From Vicugna vicugna (Eukaryota), in assembly GCA_013265495.1 (NCBI GenBank), contig MU058009.1:3925780-3985779 (forward strand): a stretch of 60,000 nucleotides of DNA. Reading direction: 5' to 3'. Numbering within the stretch: the stretch's first letter is position 1; the number at the start of each line of letters is the position of its first letter. This document shows, piece after piece, positions 56,720 to 60,000 of the stretch. The translations under genes were made by a program, and so were the position numbers. A model generated the notes under the pieces. That model saw only the letters and a program-made list of their open reading frames with translations, did not search any database and was not told the origin of the DNA.

Positions 56720-57300
56720 TAATTATCTACCCAGGATGCGTTCCATCACATCTGCACTGTGGTGGGTGCTAAAGATAAAGGGTGAGTAAGATATGGGCCC
56801 CTTCTCAAGGGGCCGAGGGTCGAAGCACGGAGACAGGCAGGCGGGCATGTGGCCGCTACAGACGCCGTGCGTGTAACGACACCAGTAACTCAAGGTTGCC
56901 TGGGCGCCTGGAGGACTGCCACGTAGCCCGCTGTGAGGGTCAGGGGACACTTCTGGGGAAGCTAGCGCCCTGTCAGGTTCCCAGTGCATGCACAGACTTT
57001 CTTTATAGAGATGAAGGTCGAGACAGGGGTAAAGCAAACCCTGCTGGAGAGGATTCAGAGCGAGAGCACGGACGAAACGGTGACGGCTTGTTGTGCACGG
57101 GAGCACAGGCAGCTCAGTGCTGCTGGATCACAAGTGTGTGCGGACGGGGCTGGAGAGAGTCAGGCACGGCCAGCTTTGCACTAGGGTAGTGGCTTTGGAT
57201 GTTGTTCTGTGGATGATGGAATGCTCAGGTGGGTTCTGAGCAAGGAAGAAGGCATTGGCAGATTTGTGTATGATAGAAGCTTTGCCCTGATTTTAGCACA
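56720..57300 (-). mobile_element. L2 fragment
   Basis: 'cactgtggtgggtgctaaagataaagggtgagtaagatatgggccccttctcaagg...ggagacaggcagg...tttggatgttgttctg...gggttctgagcaagg...cagatttgtg'. Confidence 0.55.
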
Positions 57301-57371
57301 GAATTTCAGTTAAGGGAAAATCATTAGGAATCTGACGAGGCTGCCCGACTTGACTGGTTGTGCCTGACACG

Positions 57372-57937
57372 TGGTAAATCAGTTATCTGCTCTAGCAGCT
57401 AATGACCCCAAAACCAAGCGGCTTGAAGGAACAGACGGTTATCTTCTTACAGCTGCCCTGGGTCACGCGTCCGGGCCCAGCTGGGCTGGGTCTTCTGGCT
57501 CCGGATCCATCATGAGGCTGAGATCGTGGTGTCTACCGTGGTCATCTGAAGTCTCTACCAGCGGCAGAGCTGTTTGCAAACTCACTCACCTGGTTGTTGG
57601 CAGGATTTAGCTCCTCCAGGGCTGCTGACAAGGGGCTTCCCTCAGTTTCTTCCCACTCGGGAGCTCCCCGTGGGCAGCTCCCAACAAGCCAGTTCACCTT
57701 AACTCCAGGGAGCAAGCAAGAGATGGAGAGACAGGGCAAGAGCGAGATGGAAGCCAAGGTCTTCCACAGCCTGCTCTCAGCGAGTGCCGGCGTCCCAGCG
57801 CGCCTGCTGTGTTCTGCGTGCTGGAAGCCAGTCGGCAGGAGCCCACGCGGATGTGAACGGGTTTACCTGAGGGCGTAAATACCGGGGTGGAGCGCGGAAG
57901 AGGGCCATTTGGACCATCTTAGAGGCTGGCTACCACA
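57372..57937 (-). mobile_element. MLT1F-like ERVL-MaLR solo LTR
   Basis: 'tgaccccaaaaccaagcggcttgaag...gctgggtcttctggctc...aaactcactcacctggttgttggcagg...ccatcttagaggctggctaccaca'. Confidence 0.8.
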
Positions 57938-60000
57938 CACTGGAGACGTCCATTATATATTAGTAAAACGTTAAATGCGTGAACCAAACTTTTTTTTCCT
58001 TTCCATTCTTCATTTTCTCCCTTTGAAACAGAGTTTTTTGAGAATCATATAAATGTGTTGTGTGTCGTTGAGGGGAATGGCGTTTATGGGTTCTAAACGT
58101 CAGATACAAAGTCAGTAAACAAAGCACAAAATGTCTTGAGTTCTACACACATATTTTTCTTATTTTCACCCAAATGCCCTTTCTTCAGTGCAGGCCTAGC
58201 TTGCTTCTTTCTCCTGGGGTTCCGCTGAACCAATAATTGAGTAGCTGTGGGTGAAGACTTGGAAACTTCCCTGCCGTCCTCACTCCCGCACTGAGGTCTC
58301 CTTTGTTATCCTTACTAAGTAGTTGATCCCCTTTCTTCTCCTCTAACCAGGTGAAGCTATGGCTCTTTGGAATCCTTGTCAAACACATGAAAGTCTCCTT
58401 TCTGATGATGTGATGACATTCGTAGTCATGTAGCTGTCAGCTGCCCGCAAGGCCACAGGGAAGGCCACAGCGACGGTGCTACCGAGAACACGTGCCTCCC
58501 ATGGAAGCTTCGTGCTTTGTGTCAGCCTCGCCTCCCATGATTCTTGGAGATCCTCTCCCCTCTGACCTTGGATGATGGCATTAATGTGTGTGCTCACTTT
58601 CAAAATACTGTTCATAACCAGCCTTTCGTCCATCTTTGTGCTTTATAAAGAGCTCACATATCTGGCACCGCCCTTGGTTCTCGTCCTCGCTCTGGAAGGC
58701 ACCACACTGGCCTCAGACCACACGTTTAGGAAATATCAGAACCAGAACTAGAGCCCCGACCTTCTCCCTGGAGGCTCTGCTCTTTTAGTTACATCATCTT
58801 TCACTGTGAATTTCTAACACTGGTGTGTTTTCAAATTTTTCGTAAATGAAGGTGTGTTATTTGAGTCACTAACTTACTCTACTTTTCAATGTTTCCAGAA
58901 AAGGGGGCCTTTTAGCTGACTTTTCTCAGGTGAGCTGTTTTAATGCTTAAAAAGCTTAGATTTTTCTCTTCTATCAAATGATTGTTTCTCCTAATGATAA
59001 TCATTATATGAGACTAAATCAACTCAATATAGTAAGGTTTTTAAGCTTAGTTATGCTGGCTTCCAAAGGCACATTTCAAGCAAAGCCCAGGGCTAGACAC
59101 ATCAGGAATTTACAGGGAGCGGGAGACCCAGAGCTTCTTCCCGGGAAAGACTGCCATTTAGGGCGGTTGTTCTTGGTATGTTTTGGATCAAGTAGTTGTT
59201 GGGTCCTTTAAGGACTATGGCCCTTCCCTGAAAAATTTCCCACTGATAAAAAGTATTGCAAAGAATTTCAGGGGCGGTTGTAGACGACCTAAAGCTTATC
59301 TGTGGATGCCAGTGACTCCCTCTGGTCTGGAGACATGTGGTCTGCACTCAGGAACTAAACCATCAACGGCAGGCTGACGCCCAGGGTCAGTGTCAATGAC
59401 TTGCTAATGTTAGTGAAAACATGAAGACTTGAAGTCATTCCGTTGACAGGTCAAGTGCACCGTCACATTCCCAGCTGCAGCCTTGGGTGCCTGGGTTGGT
59501 GGTCACACTGTGTGACGCGCAGGATTCCTGCCCAGTTACTGACAGACAATGAGTGTTCACGCTCTCCGCTCGCTCCGTGGCATCAGCGCCCCAGCAGCCG
59601 CCGAGGGACGCCGGCCCCACGGTCCCACGAGAAGAACGAAGCCGATGCCACCCCCTTGCCACACCCTCTTCGCAGGGCTCTGAGGTCTGCAAGTCTGCCG
59701 GACGCCGGCAAGCCACCTTTTGTCCTTGACCCCGGGGAGCGTGCGTTTCTCTGGCGGGGTCAGTGCAGGGAGGGCGCAGGGAGGGTTTCCTCTCCTCGGC
59801 GGGGAAGTTTGGCTTGTCCTTCAAAGTAGGAGGTCACTGCTCTCCATTCGCTTAAAGAAAACCCAGAAACAAACAAAAAAAGGGATTAGCTGAAATTCCT
59901 CTGGGGAGGCAGCGGCTTCTTGGGAGAACGGCCTAATGAGTGGGCCGCGACGATCAATGTCCAGACGGAGGTCAGCAGGTCGGGCCGCGCCATCGGATTT

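Overview
This is mammalian genomic DNA, not prokaryotic. It is most likely camelid (alpaca/camel lineage), judged from a short tRNA-derived Vic-1-like SINE at about 4016-4103. I cannot recognise any protein-coding gene. The six-frame ORFs are explained by GC-rich chance ORFs, LINE-1/LINE-2 ORF2 relics and a triplet-based tandem repeat. The window holds a CpG island with promoter motifs (about 2.8-3.6 kb), a 169-N assembly gap and many ancient interspersed repeats (MIR, L2, L1ME, MLT1, LTR33-like, MER2/MER5A). It also holds younger insertions that still show target-site duplications: a SINE, L1 3' ends and three ERV1-type solo LTRs clustered at 28.4-32.9 kb. A 1.15-kb hierarchical CAC/CAT satellite contains 38 perfect copies of a 9-mer, and several repeat-free AT-rich blocks are dense in homeodomain/PBX-HOX/MEIS motifs, like developmental enhancers. 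LTRs and L1s lie almost all on the minus strand, which suggests an intron of a plus-strand gene. Old repeats look unusually GC/CpG-shifted. I found no convincing new biological system. The best leads are the expanded G-quadruplex-prone 9-mer array, a possible spliced minus-strand transcript from the CpG island and the candidate enhancers. Repeat family names come from my recall of consensus sequences and need RepeatMasker/Dfam confirmation; boundaries of old repeats are approximate.
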